From contig NC_083280.1 of NCBI RefSeq assembly GCF_963506605.1, positions 69,192,001-69,256,000 on the forward strand: 64,000 nucleotides of DNA, read 5' to 3'. Under the pieces are notes generated by a model that worked only from the letters and a program-made list of their open reading frames with translations, did not search any database and was not told where the DNA came from. Positions 48,696 to 62,870 of the stretch are shown in pieces. Origin of the DNA: Zootoca vivipara. Lineage: Eukaryota. Both the position numbers and the translations under genes were made by a program. Within the stretch, counting starts at the first letter, position 1, and the number at the start of each line of letters is the position of its first letter.

Positions 48696-51600
48696 GTAAG
48701 TGTACACATCAGATTTTGTTTGTGTATTGGAGGGCCCTGGCTTGGTATTGCAGAGTCATTTTCCAGTCACATTTGGGAGGTAAGTTCAGGGTGCAGGTGC
48801 TGACTTTAGTCATGGAGAGCAGCATCCACGGTAAGACAGGTCTGTTTACTTTAGAAATTGCTTCTTTGCATTCACCATCATGAGAATTAAGAGGAGCTGG
48901 GCTGCTTTTGCTGAAGATGCTATAAGGACTACTATTCCACAATAAGGACTTAGTATTTTATTTGGTTCCCAAACGTCCACCCTCACAGACCACTTGAAAA
49001 TTGCTTTGGGGAGGGGTCTTGTGGGATAACCTATTGGTTATGATTGTGATGGAGTAAATTACAACAGAAGAAATAGAAGACACAATAAAAAGGCAGATAA
49101 AAAGAAACATGATTATTTAGCGTGATGGCTGTGTCTCCCACCTTCAACTGCAAATCCACAGGCAGACTGCAGGCTATCTGAATGAAGCTCATGGATCACA
49201 GTTTGGGAACCGCTGGGGTAGACAATACAGAGCTAAATGAGCCAGTGGTTTGATTAAGGCAGCTTCCTTTTGCTCCTGTGTTACTTTTGAACTTCATACC
49301 CTTCCAAATAGCTCAGATGAGCTCCCAGGGCTGCGTACAATAGATGCATCAGTGAATAAAACATGTACTAAAATACAGTACATTAAAAGCATTATTATTC
49401 TTATATTTGTTGCTTCTCTCATAAGTCTTAATGTGATTTACAAGAAAAACAACTAAAAATGTGTTTTAAAAGCATGCGGAAAACGTATTGTTTTAAAACC
49501 CACAATCCTAGGCAGAGAGCTAAAAACAACAACACCCAGCTGTAAAAGCTGAATGAAGTAGAACAACACCACAAAGCCATAAAAACGCAGTCAAAGTCCA
49601 TCAAAACAACTTAATATTCCCATTAAAGTCTTCTAAGGCAGCCTGGGCGGGGTGGGCAACGGGTAATTTCTCTCAAAGTTTTCCAAAGCAGAACAGTCTT
49701 TGCTGGCTTCGAAGAATCAATTCAAGTAAACCCGCCAAGCTTCTCTGGAGGAGTTGTGTAGCAAGTATATTAACACTGGAAAAGTGCCACCTCTTGAGCC
49801 AGATAAGCTGAGACCTATATATTACTATTTGGGAACCTACTATTAGCAGGTGGACTAGGCCCTCATTTGATGACCTTAGCACCTAGGGAGGCTGAAACGG
49901 GAAGAGGTGAGCCACAGCAGGTGGCAGGACCATTCCCAATGGAGAACCCTTATCCTTGGGAGGAGTCCAGGCACACCTTTCAGCATCAGAGATTGCACAC
50001 TCATTAGCCTTACAACTAGAATTTAAGCAAGCTGTGATCTAAGGGCTAGAGCCCTCTGGTTATTTTGTCTTTTATTATGGGGGTTAATTACTTGCTGGGC
50101 ATTATGCATGGTTTCTAAATGACACTTGCAATCCACTCTTCCGCCAGAGAACTCGCAGTGGCTTACATGTGATTCCTAGAGGATCTCCCATTAGAGACAG
50201 ATCCCTTTAGCTTCAGGAATAGAACTGCATCATGTGGCTTCAGACTTGGGAGGTAATCCTTTACATATTTACCTGAGAGTAAGTCCAATTGAAATCAGTA
50301 GGGCTTACTTCTGAGTAGACATGTATAGGATTGCACTGTTAGTCTCGGTTAACTTTTGGTTTCTTCTATATGAAACCAGTTGTCTGTTTGGTCATTGACC
50401 TTCAGCGAGGAAGGGTATTTCTTTATACAAGGCCATTTAGTCTTTTGTGCTTTTTGCCTAAAATGAAGGAAGTTCGTCTTAAAGCCCCGGATTTCAAAGC
50501 TAACCAAACATGCCTAAAGTTTGGGTCAGGATAAAGGCAAGTGGTTTCCGAAATTATTTTCTTTAGTGCAATGCAAGGTTGCGTCACTTGGGGGCAGCAT
50601 TTTCACTGTGTTGCGTCTGATCTTTGAGGGCCAGTTCTCTAGAACTGAACCCACAAGTTACATACAAATGCTCATACATAAGTTGCTTTCTTGTACTTTG
50701 TATATTTGATTTTTTTCTGTAGCCAAGCTTTGGATTATCACCTGCATTGTAGGAAACCAGTTCATCATGTGTTTAATGTGCTTACTTGGACCCCAAGCTC
50801 CACATAGTGTTCCTGTGTGTACAGACTTCCTCATTCCTTTCAGTATAGGGAGCAGACTTCTTCCTGCACCAATTAATGTGCATGTAGACCTGCTTTTTCC
50901 TTGGGGATGAATAGGGAAGCCATTGAGGGTAGCGGCATCTCCAAAGCTTTTGTGACCATAGAAATCTATTTTAATGTAGACTTTAGATGTATCTGCTGTG
51001 GACGTAATGTAGGCAACTTCTGCCTGCATTACTGCTGCTTCTTAGAGGGAGAATTTGTCTTGCCACCTGAGAGCTGCTACTTTAAATCTAGAAAAGACAG
51101 AAGTGGAGCTGCTATGCTATGTCACGGTGGCAGCACCAGATGACTGGAAGCAGTGCAGAGTCTGGAGAGTGAAATTGCTGTTGCAAAGGCTGCTCTTCCC
51201 TAGAGTGATTTCCATGTCATGATGCCTGACTATCCTGCATCTTGGAGAGAAAAGGAGACATTCCTCCTGACAACAGACATTGAGCTTTGCAGCCTCCAGA
51301 CCCCTCGCAAAGGGACAGGGAACATATGGCCGTTCTGGGTGGCGGCAGAACTTCTTCCCTGGTTGGCTGGTTTGGGGAGAGAGTCAGGGATGCCCTGCTC
51401 CTCTTTGAAAGCTGGCGTTGGATTAGTGTCCAAGCCCACAGATCTTTTTACATGCATAGCAGCAGACTGCATACATGCAGCTCGGTGTGAGGAATCTGTG
51501 CCCCTTCCTGCTAAAAAAGTAGTCGTCAGTGAGCTGAGATGGAAGAGTTTAAAAGGTTCAAATTCAGAAATGTTTGAGAAACGCTGCTTGCATCAGCTCA

Positions 51601-51996
51601 GTGCCGAGCTGGCTTGCACACACAGCTCTGTTTCTCTCTCTTCTGGCCTTAAAGGGACAGTAGAGCTTGAAGGGTAGAAAAGAGAAATCCTTGAGTGTAA
51701 GGCAGGTGCAGCTGGCAACTTAGGATTTGCAAGGGGTCAGGTGTTGCTTGCTGCAGGTGAGTAGCAAATGGTTAAGCTGGGTAGCTGAACCTCTGATGGG
51801 GAAAGGGTGAATGGATGTCCCGGTTAATGGTGTAGCATCAATGAATGCTTTTGAACCAGTTGAGGAAATAAAACTAGAGGGCAGTATTAGTCTGAATTGT
51901 AATTTGGGGAAAATGGAAAGTTAAAACTATTTTTTAAAAGTAGATTTTCTGTCTCTTTATTAACAGCTGCTATGTGCTCTTCTCTTTACTTTTTAG

Positions 51997-52142
51997 GGTA
52001 AAACATTGTAAAGACTATTATGAAATTCTGGGTGTGAGCAGAGACTCCTCTGACGAGGATCTGAAAAAGGCATACCGGAAATTAGCACTGAAATTTCACC
52101 CCGATAAGAATCATGCACCTGGTGCAACGGAGGCCTTTAAAG
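51997..52142 (+). CDS. DNAJB12: DNAJB12 exon 3, J-domain ([48 protein letters not shown])
   Basis: ttttag acceptor and AG|gtaaaa donor; contains the HPD motif; 146 bp. Confidence 0.97.
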
Positions 52143-54483
52143 GTAAAATGTAGTCTCTTTTTTGTGAGCCGTCTCTCAGGACCATGAAAGTTAGTACCTT
52201 GGGGTGGCAGAGGTCAAGAGATGAGGGTTAGTAGCTTTTTCTTGGTTAGAATTAGTGGGTTTGTTGTTGTCTTTGCATTTAAGTCTTGGAGGTGGGGGGT
52301 TTAGTGTATTGTTTTTTGCCACTGTAAACACCTTGACAAATCCAGTAAAGAGTGTGGGTGGGTGGAAGAGGAGAGGCCAGCTTATTTGTCCCATTCATGG
52401 ATCTGACGCTGAGACTTTTCTACCACGTCTTAAAATTGCAGCATCTAAGCTGCATTGCACATAATAAGTTTAGATCCATTACTTCTGCAAACAAAAAGTT
52501 ATCCAGCACAGGGGAATGCCAATTCAAACAACCATTTGAGGAACATGGGTTTATTGAATGAACACTGATTTTTGCTTGTGGACCACAAATGAAAATTAAG
52601 CTGCTCATTTAGGCTTTGCACATCAAATCCTATCTTTATGCAAACTTGGCAGTGCATTTTAGAAGTAAGTCCCATTCAGTTTAGTGGGGTTTGCTCCCAA
52701 GGTAAATAATCAGCCAGTTCTCTCATTAAATTAATAAGATGTGGTTTTTGCAATGCACAGTAATTTGAATCTAATAAAACATTTGTCTTAGTGAAGGCAC
52801 TAGAAGAGATGCCACATGCTCATACGTATATAAAATAGGGGGTGATTTCAGCTTACAGTTGGCACTTCATAGTCCTAGGCACACTTAGTAGGATGTAATG
52901 CCAACTGAGCACAGTGGGCCCTGCAATAAGATTATCCTGCAAGTCCCCTTGATTTCAGTGGGAGAAAGTTACCCTTGCACTAAGGGGGGTTAAACTACCT
53001 TTCTAGGTTCTTAATAGCTTCTTTACTACTACTAATTGTAATTGGAAATCATCATGGTGGCTGAGTTCAACCACAGCTTTAAAATCCAGAGGTCCTGGTT
53101 GGGGGGGGGTCCCCTCCTGATTTTCAGAATTGGAACTGGATCAGAGCTCTCATTTGAGTAAAATACTGGAGGAGTAATTATACAGAATGTGTACCCATAT
53201 GTTATTAGAAAACAGAAAGCAAGTCTATTCGGTCCCTTTTGGGATCCTAAATCTAGGCCTGTTTCATTTGACAGGGAAAGGGTCTAATGACCCTTTGTGT
53301 GCTCAGGTTATATTAAAACTGCACTTGTCTAGACATCTGTCAAGCATCTGGCACAAAAAAGCTCTTCAATAGTGTGTTCTTCAGGGTGGCGAAAGACAGG
53401 TTTCTTCACCTGTAGACTTTATGTTTACCGTAGGCTTTACTAAGAGTTGCATGTCACAACCCGGGCATGAAGCAAGATAATGCTTTATCCTCCCTAACAG
53501 GGCTATTTTCCAGGAGGTTATCTTTACCAAAGCCCATTTCATTGCTCCTTTACCCTCTCTGTGTTAGCACCCACGTGCCCACTAAAGTTCACCTCTTTAC
53601 CTTTGGGGAATGGAAAGAGGCATGCACTCCTTTCTGGAAATCTCTTAGTTAATATTTTTTCAGATGTTAGCTGGTGCTTTAGTGTTCCTTTTCCCCAGTG
53701 ATCTCTGATAAGTGTGACATTTTTTGCCTTCGGACCTTGTTTATGGTCCTCTACTTTCTTGGGAGTGTGCTTGCAAGAACAAAATGACTGCTTTGCTGCA
53801 TCAGAATGTAGAGCCACTGACAGATATATCCTCAATAAAATTGAACCAGGACATAAGAATATGTCACGTCATAAAGGTGATCAGGATGGGGCCTAATAGC
53901 TTATAAAATTCTTGGAATACCCTGTTTGGAACGCTTGGGCTTCGTTCATCATTTATGAACTCTCTTTCCAATAAAAGCAGAACCATTATGAAAAGGCAGA
54001 CCATTAACACAAAAAACTTATTATAGTTACTCAATTGGACTAGTTGACTCTTGGGGTCCCTTCCAAGTCTACAATTCTGTGATTCGATGAACTTAGCAAA
54101 CCGATTGCACCCATTGCATCAGTAGGCCAGGTTTTTCTTTCATGCACATTTATCCTTTAGATGCCTTTTAAAAATGGAGATTTAGTAAGGGCTTTAAAAT
54201 CAACTAGAGAAGGATGGAAAGCAGTCAGAAGAGAGGCTGCTGTTATTACGAGTATCGAAAACACATTCTTTTAAATGCTTGAGGCACTTCATAATGAATA
54301 TGTAGAGTATATTTGCATTCACTATCCCCATTCTACAGGTGGGCTGAACGAGACCACCCACTTCCTGCCTGATGTGAGATACAAACTGGGGACTTTCCCA
54401 ATTTGCTGGCTTTAGACCACTGGCTGACATTTGCTATTGCTGGAGGCAAAAATACGAATCCTTTCTTCTTTCTTACATTTCAG

Positions 54484-54669
54484 CTATTGGTAATGCATAC
54501 GCAGTATTGAGTAACCCAGAGAAGAGGAAGCAGTATGACCAGTTTGGAGATGCAAAAGTCAGTCCCACACGGCACGGGCATAGCCCTACGGACTTCAACC
54601 GAGGGTTTGAGGCCGACATCTCTCCTGAAGACCTCTTCAATATGTTCTTTGGTGGTGGTTTTCCTTCTA
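54484..54669 (+). CDS. DNAJB12: DNAJB12 exon 4 ([22 protein letters not shown]...[21 protein letters not shown])
   Basis: ttcag acceptor and A|gtaagc donor; end of the J-domain plus the G/F-rich region; 186 bp. Confidence 0.97.
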
Positions 54670-56308
54670 GTAAGCCTTTTGTTTTAAATCTGGTTTTTTT
54701 TGGGGGGGGGGAGAAGGTTGGAGAAATGAGGAGTCACCCACTCAGCTGGCTTCGCTCCACAGTCACTTACCAGAACCGAAGCAGGCCCTAGATAAGGCAA
54801 GATACCCCCCCCCCCGGTCCCAGTTGACCAGGGCTGATTGAAACAAAGCTTGTTGGATGTGCTAATAGAATCCAGATGTTAGAGCAACAACTCGACTTTC
54901 TAGCAAGCAGTGTGAAAGACCCTTCCGCAAGGTATTTGGTGGCAGTTCCCTTTAAAGTTGAGTTGGAAAGAGACTACTGTTTTAAGGAAGCTTCCTTTCT
55001 CTCCTGTCTAACCTTGCATGAAAATGAAAACCATTCTGACCCAATACACCCTCCTAGGTTTCCTTATTGGTGCAACCAGGACCGGCCCTACTGTTAGGCA
55101 ACTGCCTCAGGTAGAGGACATTGGTGGGCAGCAGCATTCCCTGGCGGTTCCTCCTCAGCCATTCCTCTCTGTTGTTACAAGGCCTGATCTGACCTGCTGC
55201 CTTAGGTGTGGTGGAGGACACAATCCTGTCACTGGCATTGGCGCAAGAGTCGCCTGCCGGCCCAGTTGGCTTCTGCACATGAAATGAAGAGGTGGCACCA
55301 TCTTGTCCTTTGCCGGAGGCACCCAAATTCCTGAGCGCTGCACAACTCCAGCCCAGCACCGGTGCAGTTGCCTGTTTGGGCTGCGCAACCGAAAATGGAG
55401 CTCTTGAGCGAGGAAGATTCCCCCAGGGGCTGTGTTGTGCCTGAAGTACGCTTTCCCTCCCTGTAGGTAGAAGACAGGACCTGTCGCCCTCCAGGTGTGG
55501 TTGGACTTCCATCACCCCTGCTCAGCATGGCCAGGGCTCAGGGATGAAGGGAGTTGAGGTCCACCAACATCAGGGGGGCAACAGCTTCCCCATCCCTGGG
55601 GTAAGGAAAGGAAAATCCTTGCTGCCTACTGGACAGATCATTCGGCCAGCTGAGTGGAGGTGCTGCGGGCCTCCCCCTCTTGTCCTGCAGAACTCACAAC
55701 ATAGAGAGGTGCTGTGTCCGAGGCCCAATTTGACCGCCATACTTGGGACTAGGGAGGCCTTTTCCATGGGGTCAAAATTGACTAGAGAGGTGAAGGATGG
55801 AGTGTTTGGGAGAGGTTGCATTCCCTGCAGCATGTGCCTTGGCTCCCTTGCTTGAATCCTTTGGAATTAGTTGCTGTCCTTTTCTGCAGCGTATACTGTT
55901 TGTGGTTTCAATAATAGGTAGAGCTGCTGGTGACAGATTGCTTAGTCCGCGGCCATTTGCACTCGTAAGAGCGCCTTCCCGTTCTTCGTTCCGCACTAGA
56001 TAATTCGGCGGCTTTGTCATCTGCCAGCAGGAATTGATCTGATCTGCATCTTCTAGCTAAATTTCAACCTTGCAAGGATAGCAGGTTATATGGGAAATGG
56101 TGCCGTAGGCCTCGCAACACATTAACCAGCTCTAAAGTCACTCTTGGGTTCACACAAACAGCAGATGAGGTGGCAAAACTGTTCCTGAACTGTACCACTT
56201 CAAAGTACAGATGGGGGGGTTGTGTGATTGAATGATCCTTGAATAAAAAAAGATCTCGGCACATAGAAAGCGAAAATATCAGAGAGAGGAGTTCAAGCCT
56301 TGAATTCT

Positions 56309-56541
56309 AGTGGTACCTCGGGTTAAGACTTTAATTCATTCTGGAGGTCCGTTCTTAACCTGAAACTGTTCTTAACCTGAGGTACCACTTTAGCTATTGG
56401 GGCCTCCCGCTGCTACCCCCGCACAATTTCTGTTCTCATCCTGAAGTAAAGTTCTTAACCTGAGGTACTACTTCCAGTTTAGCGGAGTTTGTAACCTGAA
56501 GTGTTTGTAACCCAAAGCGTTTGTAACCCGAAGTACCACTG
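56309..56541. mobile_element. Tc1/mariner-type MITE with internal ttcttaacctga repeats
   Basis: agtggtacctcgggtta / taacccgaagtaccactg|ta termini. Confidence 0.82.
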
Positions 56542-56552
56542 TATACATATAC

Positions 56553-56555
<3 letters not shown>

Positions 56556-56601
<46 letters not shown>
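56556..56601. repeat. (AC)n microsatellite
   Basis: Direct reading. Confidence 0.95.
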
Positions 56602-56606
<5 letters not shown>

Positions 56607-58067
56607 TGAGTCCTTTAAAAGAGTACACATGTTCCACGGCACCTCTTTTAAACGACTCACCCTGTATATATATGCGCTTCCTATGACCTGCTACCTTCAG
56701 TTCTGTCTAGCATGTGGATCCAAACTGATGCCATGAAACAATATTTACTCAGCTCCCATTTGACAGCTGACTCTCCTAAAACATGCACTATGGTGTGATT
56801 ACGCATGGGGAAAGAGCACCCCATTTTTTCTCTATGGTCCCTGGTCATGGTGGTTTTATGATTTTCCCCCCTAGTCACTTCGCTGGTGTTTGTGATCAAC
56901 GAAGCTTGGCACTGAAACAATACTCTGTGGCTTTCTAAATGTTTTGCATGCCACAAAGAAAGGCTTTGCGGTCCAGGGATTGGATTAAACCACTATATCT
57001 TGCTCTAGTTTAAAAATGCAAGTTGCTGATGTTTTTGTGCTGCCTGGACAATAGTCACTGTTAACATATCTCTGCTCCTATCTTTACTTGTGTGAAATAT
57101 AAGTCTGCTGTACTGTATCCTAAAGGTAGAAAATGCCAGACCTTTGCAAAAAGCTTTTATTAGTTCTGTAGCTGTGTGTTATGAAAGAAGTGCATGTTTC
57201 AATGGAAAAACCCCTTCAGGTAGATAAGAGTAATTGATAGCGGCCCATTGATGAGATGCCCATTGTAGGAATTCGCAAATCTTCAGGGCATAAAAACAAT
57301 AAGCGTGTTGCTAATATTACAGCTTGCAGCTGAATGGAAATAACAAATGGAAAAAGCAAATGGAAAATTACAGCTTTAAAATAATCTTTAGAATATTTAT
57401 ATAGCATAAAAGCCAGTGTGTTAAATATGCGCATTTATGTGTTAATAAAGACTCCTAGATGGTGTACAGGTGCAATATTAGGGTGCTTTTCAAAGAAAAA
57501 CACACATTGGCCAAATTGCATTTGTTTTCAACAGCACAGCACAGATCCTCACCAAAAAGTACTCCTTGAGCAGTAATGTCAGATCCAAAGGGGGTTCAGT
57601 TTCCAAAACATCCGTGAACATGCACTGTTTACTCTCAATCTCTCCAGTGTGTCTTACGCCTGATATGCATGTTGGAATTCTGAGCTTTAAAGGCACCTAA
57701 GAAACAAAAATTAGGGACCAGACTGATGCATGTACTCCTTGTCCTCCACTCTCCCAAGGCTTTTGGCTCTCTAACCTATTGATGACTGTTTTGTGGGCTT
57801 CCAATTGTGATCCCCAGCAGGTTGCTGTTCTCTGTCATAAGCTTTTGGAGAGATTTTTAGCATGCCTTAGTGCCTGGCTATTGAAATCACTAAATGTCCC
57901 TTAAAGATCGGAAAGCTCCGTAGTGGCAGATGTGTGGCAGATGCAAGGAAGCCTAGCCAAGAAATCAGGAGGCAGATTTCCAGGAACAAAGGTGTCATTG
58001 CCTGCACCAATCTTAAGAAACCCCCTGTCCTCTCCCTCCTCTTTCTAAGGAGCAATTTCCGACCAGC

Positions 58068-58702
58068 GTGTCGGTGTCAATTTGGTGCCAGCTCCTGACC
58101 ACGTCTAGGAGACAATATGGTGAACAGGTAGCCAGAGCAGGAAAAGGGCGGGGGGGGGAGAAACAAGAGGGAATAGATGAGACGGAGGCCGAGGGACCTG
58201 TAGGGCTCTCAAGAACTGAGGAAGGGCTTTTGAGGAGAGGAGGGGGGTTGTACTTATCTGAGTCTCCCTGGCAGGCCCCACCCTTAATAGAGAGCCCAAA
58301 GGAAGACGACACAGGGAGTGCACCGTCTCTGCCTGCAGCAGGAAGCCTCCGAGAGTGGTGGAATCTACCTGGAGGGAACGTCGGGGAGAGCCACGTGAGA
58401 TGATGAACCTCCTGGGAACCAGAGGCCCCCCCCCCCGGCTCAGGGAGTGGGGTGGCTGAATAGCAACCGCCTGGGGATCCTTGGTCTTAAGAGTCACAAA
58501 GTGGGACATGCAGGAATGAGGGGAACAGGCCTGTAAAAGGAATGCCAGGGGACTGTGAAGGCCGATTTCTAGGACCACTGCCCATCTTTCCTGAGCGAGA
58601 GACTCACAACTGCCAGGTGGCATATGCCCTGCAATAAAAGTAGAGTTGCAAATAACGCACGGTTTTGCCATTCTTCTCTCGAGCCCAAGTGCACCCATGT
58701 CA
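58068..58702 (+). mobile_element. LTR-like segment, boundaries uncertain
   Basis: GC- and purine-rich block with AATAAA about 65 bp before a ...tgtca end; no convincing TSD. Confidence 0.4.
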
Positions 58703-59167
58703 ATAGCCTAGGCTACTTTTGCAGTTGTGGCTTGAGCAGTTTTGCCGCTTACTTTTTGAGAAAGCCTTTAAAGTTGCATTGTTCTTCCATGCATATTTCC
58801 TTTGACGCACCAAGGGGTTAGTTGTTAAAGGATTAGAACCCTGATCGTAAATACAACCTACCTATTAGTGCAGTGGAACGCATCTTCCACACATGAGTGT
58901 AGCTCAGTGTAAAGTCTTGGTTAAGCTGGTTTCTCTGTTGCAGCCTTTGGAACAACCCAGCCTGTCATCTCTCCCATTATGGAGTTTGTCCTGTCATGAA
59001 GGGGGCTCTTACCTTCTAACCTCTCGCTGCACTTGTTAGGGCCTGGTTAAATTCCACTCCAGCAGTGAAATACTCCAAATTTTGCTGTGACCTCGGCCAT
59101 ACGCTGCCTCAGTTTGCTGACGCCGTATTATCAGCCGCTCTTAACAACTCCCACTTTTCACCCACAG

Positions 59168-59247
59168 GTAACGTTCACGTATACAGCAACGGCAGAATGC
59201 GATATACCTACCACCAGAGGCAAGACAGGCGGGAGCATCAAGGCGAT
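59168..59247 (+). CDS. DNAJB12: DNAJB12 exon 5 (SNVHVYSNGRMRYTYHQRQDRREHQGD)
   Basis: cacag acceptor and GAT|gtaagt donor; 80 bp; in frame. Confidence 0.95.
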
Positions 59248-59518
59248 GTAAGTTGCGGCAAGAAGGAAGAAAAAGTAAAAATGCTTCAAAACATGCTGAC
59301 CCATTCCAGTAAAAAGCTGCTCCTCTGTACTCCTCTGTCCCAGCTGGTTTGTTAACTGTTTATTAGCCAAAAGCTAAAGCAAACCCATTGGGTTTTTGCT
59401 TTTATATTTGATTGAGATTCCCCCCCCCCCAGGATGCAGCTTTCGCCCTTAGGACTGAGTTGCCAAATAGAGGACGAGTGACTACTTGTCCCCAATTGCA
59501 TTAACTACCAGTACAATT

Positions 59519-59766
59519 CTCCTGCCAACCTAGCAGTTCAAAAGCACGTCAAAGTGCAAGTAGATAAATAGGTACCGCTACAGCGGGAAGGTAAACAGCG
59601 TTTCCGTGCGCTGCTCTGGTTCGCCAGAAGCAGCTTAGTCATGCTGGCCACATGACCCGGAAGTTGTCTGCGGACAAACACCAGCTCCCTCGGCCTATAG
59701 AGCGAGATGAGTGCCGCAACCCCAGAATCCGCGACTGGACTTAACGGTCAGGGGTACCTTTACCTT
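59519..59766 (+). mobile_element. 5'-truncated Sauria SINE
   Basis: Homologous to 29920-30180; (accttt)n tail; perfect 13-bp TSD taccagtacaatt (59506-59518 and 59767-59779). Confidence 0.92.
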
Positions 59767-60530
59767 TACCAGTACAATTGCATCCTCCAATGCACTGAAA
59801 AGCCAAGTGCCAGGCTGTGAACAAGGATGCCCACTGTTTGCCTCTGAACTTGCTTGGGGCATTAGGCAAGAGAGACTGTTCTCTCAGTCCCTGCCCCCAT
59901 CTGTGGTACAGGTATAATGGTGATACTGGCCTACCTTACAGCCATGTTAAAAGGCAGGTTTGGGGGCCCTGGGGGCCACCGAATGATGTTGGGCTCGGAA
60001 CGCCCGCCAGCCCTAGCCAGCATGTCCAACCATTGTGGATGGCTGTCCAGTGAGACTTATCAATGGCTACTAGTTATGATGGCTGTATGTTTCCTGTAGT
60101 ATTGGAAGCAGCGTGCTCCAGAATAGCAGTAGCTGGGGAGCACAAGTGGGAAAGTGTGACGGCACTAACATGTTGCTTGTGGGTTTGCCATGGGAATATG
60201 GTTGTCCACTGTGGAAACAAAATGCTGGACTGGAGAATTCCTCGGTTTAACCCATCAGGACTTTCCTTGTGTCCTTATGATTGTAGCTCCAACAACATCT
60301 GGAGGGCCACATCTCCGTTACAATTATTGCTGAGATAATGCCTTCAAAATAACTGTTGAGTACTCTTAGTGTGCTGTGAAAGTGCTCAGTGTTAATACCA
60401 TTGCAATGGCTGGTCTTTCAACATCAACTCCCTCCTTTCCTCCCTGGACCCGAGGCTTGGTCTGAGCAAGAATGGTGAGGTCCTTCTGTGAATGCGAATG
60501 CACTGACGACATTCCCTTCTTCCTCCCTAG

Positions 60531-60640
60531 GGTGGCCTTGGGCTGTTTGTCCAGCTGATGCCTATTCTCATCCTCATCATCGTTTCCGCTCTCAGCCAGA
60601 TGATGGTCTCCAGTCCACCTTACAGTTTGAGCCACAGACC
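60531..60640 (+). CDS. DNAJB12: DNAJB12 exon 6, transmembrane helix ([37 protein letters not shown])
   Basis: Branch point cactgac 60501-60507, pyrimidine tract, ctag acceptor and CC|gttagt donor; 110 bp. Later exons lie beyond the window. Confidence 0.94.
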
Positions 60641-62856
60641 GTTAGTTCCCTTTACTCTTCTACGCAGTTAGCTTGGGCAGTTGAGTGTATGGAAGGGGGG
60701 TTAAGAACAAAGAAGTCTTTTGCCAATTGCTGTTTTTGTTCTATGCGTTCTTTCCCCTGTGTTTCTTCTTTTCCTTTCCGTCTCTTTTCTCTCACACTGA
60801 TTAAACCCTTTAGATCTTCATGTGGTCAGAATACTCTGCACAGGACTTCAGGATGCATTGGGGTGGAGTGGGTTGGCATTTCAGGACTCACTTGTGTGAA
60901 ACCTCCCCTAGACCAAATCCATCTGTACATGTCTTCTATAGAAACCTGACTATTGTCTGTTATCATGAAGACGGTTGCTGTTTCACAAAGAAACATTTTG
61001 TGGTCATTGCCCAAATGAATGTGTTACTTAACAAATCCCTCGTGTTGCTTTCCATATCGGCAGATCTTCGGTTGGGAATTTTTCATTCATTCATTTTATA
61101 AATTTTCCAAGTGACATTGGCACGAGCTTCTAGGATCCAACATGGTTTGCATAGGTCAGTGTAAAGTGGCATTCCAAGTTATGCAGGGGTTAAGAAAAAA
61201 CTATTACGGGGGGGGGGGATTTCCAGACTTTCCCCTGTGGTGTCACATTGAAGTTCTTGATTCCTGCAAGCTACTGATCAAATCTGAGGGGCGGGGAGAG
61301 AGACAAAACCTGTATCCTCTGTAATAATTGGCATCTTCTCTGCCGTGTGGACCAGCCGATTAAGGTTGACAATGGTGCTATCTGGGAAAGAACTAGATAT
61401 ACTGCAAGAACACAGTATATTCTGTGCAAGCCACAGGCTGGATCTGACCCTGTGATGAATGTGTCTCCTCTCTTATCTGCTACTTCCACTTCTAGAAGGG
61501 AAAGAGCATCTGGACCCCTGAGCCCATGAGAAAGAGGTGGTGTCCTCCTTTGCTGATCTGTTTTGGTCTTTCCCTTCCATTCTGCCTTCCAGGAAGGAAG
61601 AGAGGGATGGCAAGGAGAACGAGATGCCAGGGACGGAGAAGAGTGCTCCGTTTGGGCTTGTCCTTTGCAATGCGCGTTTCAGGCCTAAACTCCACTTGGA
61701 GTGGCTCATTGGGAATGTTGTGCCCGTGATAGGAAGCTGTGGCGCTTATCTGTGAGATGGGATGTTTGAGGCTTAGGCTGAGTAGGCCCAAGTGAAATCT
61801 GCCTCCACCCTTATTAAGTAGTTTGGAAAACCCCAGGGATGTGCTGTTATTTCTTGGAAGATAATCCCCTGACAGAAGGGAGCCATCTGAATGATTTGGA
61901 ATATGTACAGGAGCCCAAATATCTAACACAGGGAGGATTAGATTTAAAAAATTACCACCCCATTTTACAAACCGCAACATGGATGTAACACACTAATTTT
62001 TGAGCAGTGCATAATAAGGTTGCAAAAGAGATACAATAGACATAATGGATTCATACAGTTGAAGTCAGCTATAAAATCAGGGGGGATTTACTTAAAATAC
62101 ATGCTGGTTTGTTTGTTTGTTTAAAAAAAGAAAATATGTCTTCACCTTGAGTCAGAAGTTCAACAGGGAGGGAATTGGTCTGATCTGTGGAGAGACCTCT
62201 ACAGAATTGGGCCCACAGTACTGAGTGCATGGCTTCTGCTTGATATTAGCCATTGGGCAGGGGTAGATTTTGAATGAAAATCCACATCTGCACTATTTGC
62301 TGCAGCATCATATCGAAAGCTGTTACCAAAGTGGCATCAAACAGGAGGAAACTAGCTTGTAACACAGGCTTTTCCTTGTGTACCTTTATTAAATAAAGGC
62401 TTTTTGGGTGATGTCGCGCAACTGCTTCCACTCCACCAATGGTAAGGATTGGATTAATTCATTTTGGTGGTCCTTACATTAGCTTTGTTGCTAAGGTTTG
62501 ATACTTTGATCCGGGACCCTTTGTAGATTTTGTAGTCTGGAAAAGGCCGGGAAAAGGGTCTGAACTCTCAAGTCTTTGATTTCCCCTTTGTGTTTAGGGC
62601 CCTTGAGCTGCCTCCTTTCTCAGACTCCTTTTATCAAACTGCGTATCCTTCCCCCATAGAGATTTGAATGGAAAGCCAAATGCATCAATTCCACTGTTGG
62701 CTCATCACAAGCAAATTAGCTGCCCCATCCAAGTGGCAAACATCTTGGCAGCGATCCAATCCCCTGTCTGAGCAACTGAATATAATATAAACGCATTCTG
62801 CTAGCGTTCCGTCATTGCAGCCGCAGCAATTATGACTGACAAATGTGCAGTGTCAG

Positions 62857-62870
62857 CCAGCAGGGGGCGA
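62857..62870 (+). promoter_or_regulatory. Candidate CTCF site CCAGCAGGGGGCGA
   Basis: Near-perfect CTCF core consensus with a retained CpG, in DNAJB12 intron 6. Confidence 0.5.
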
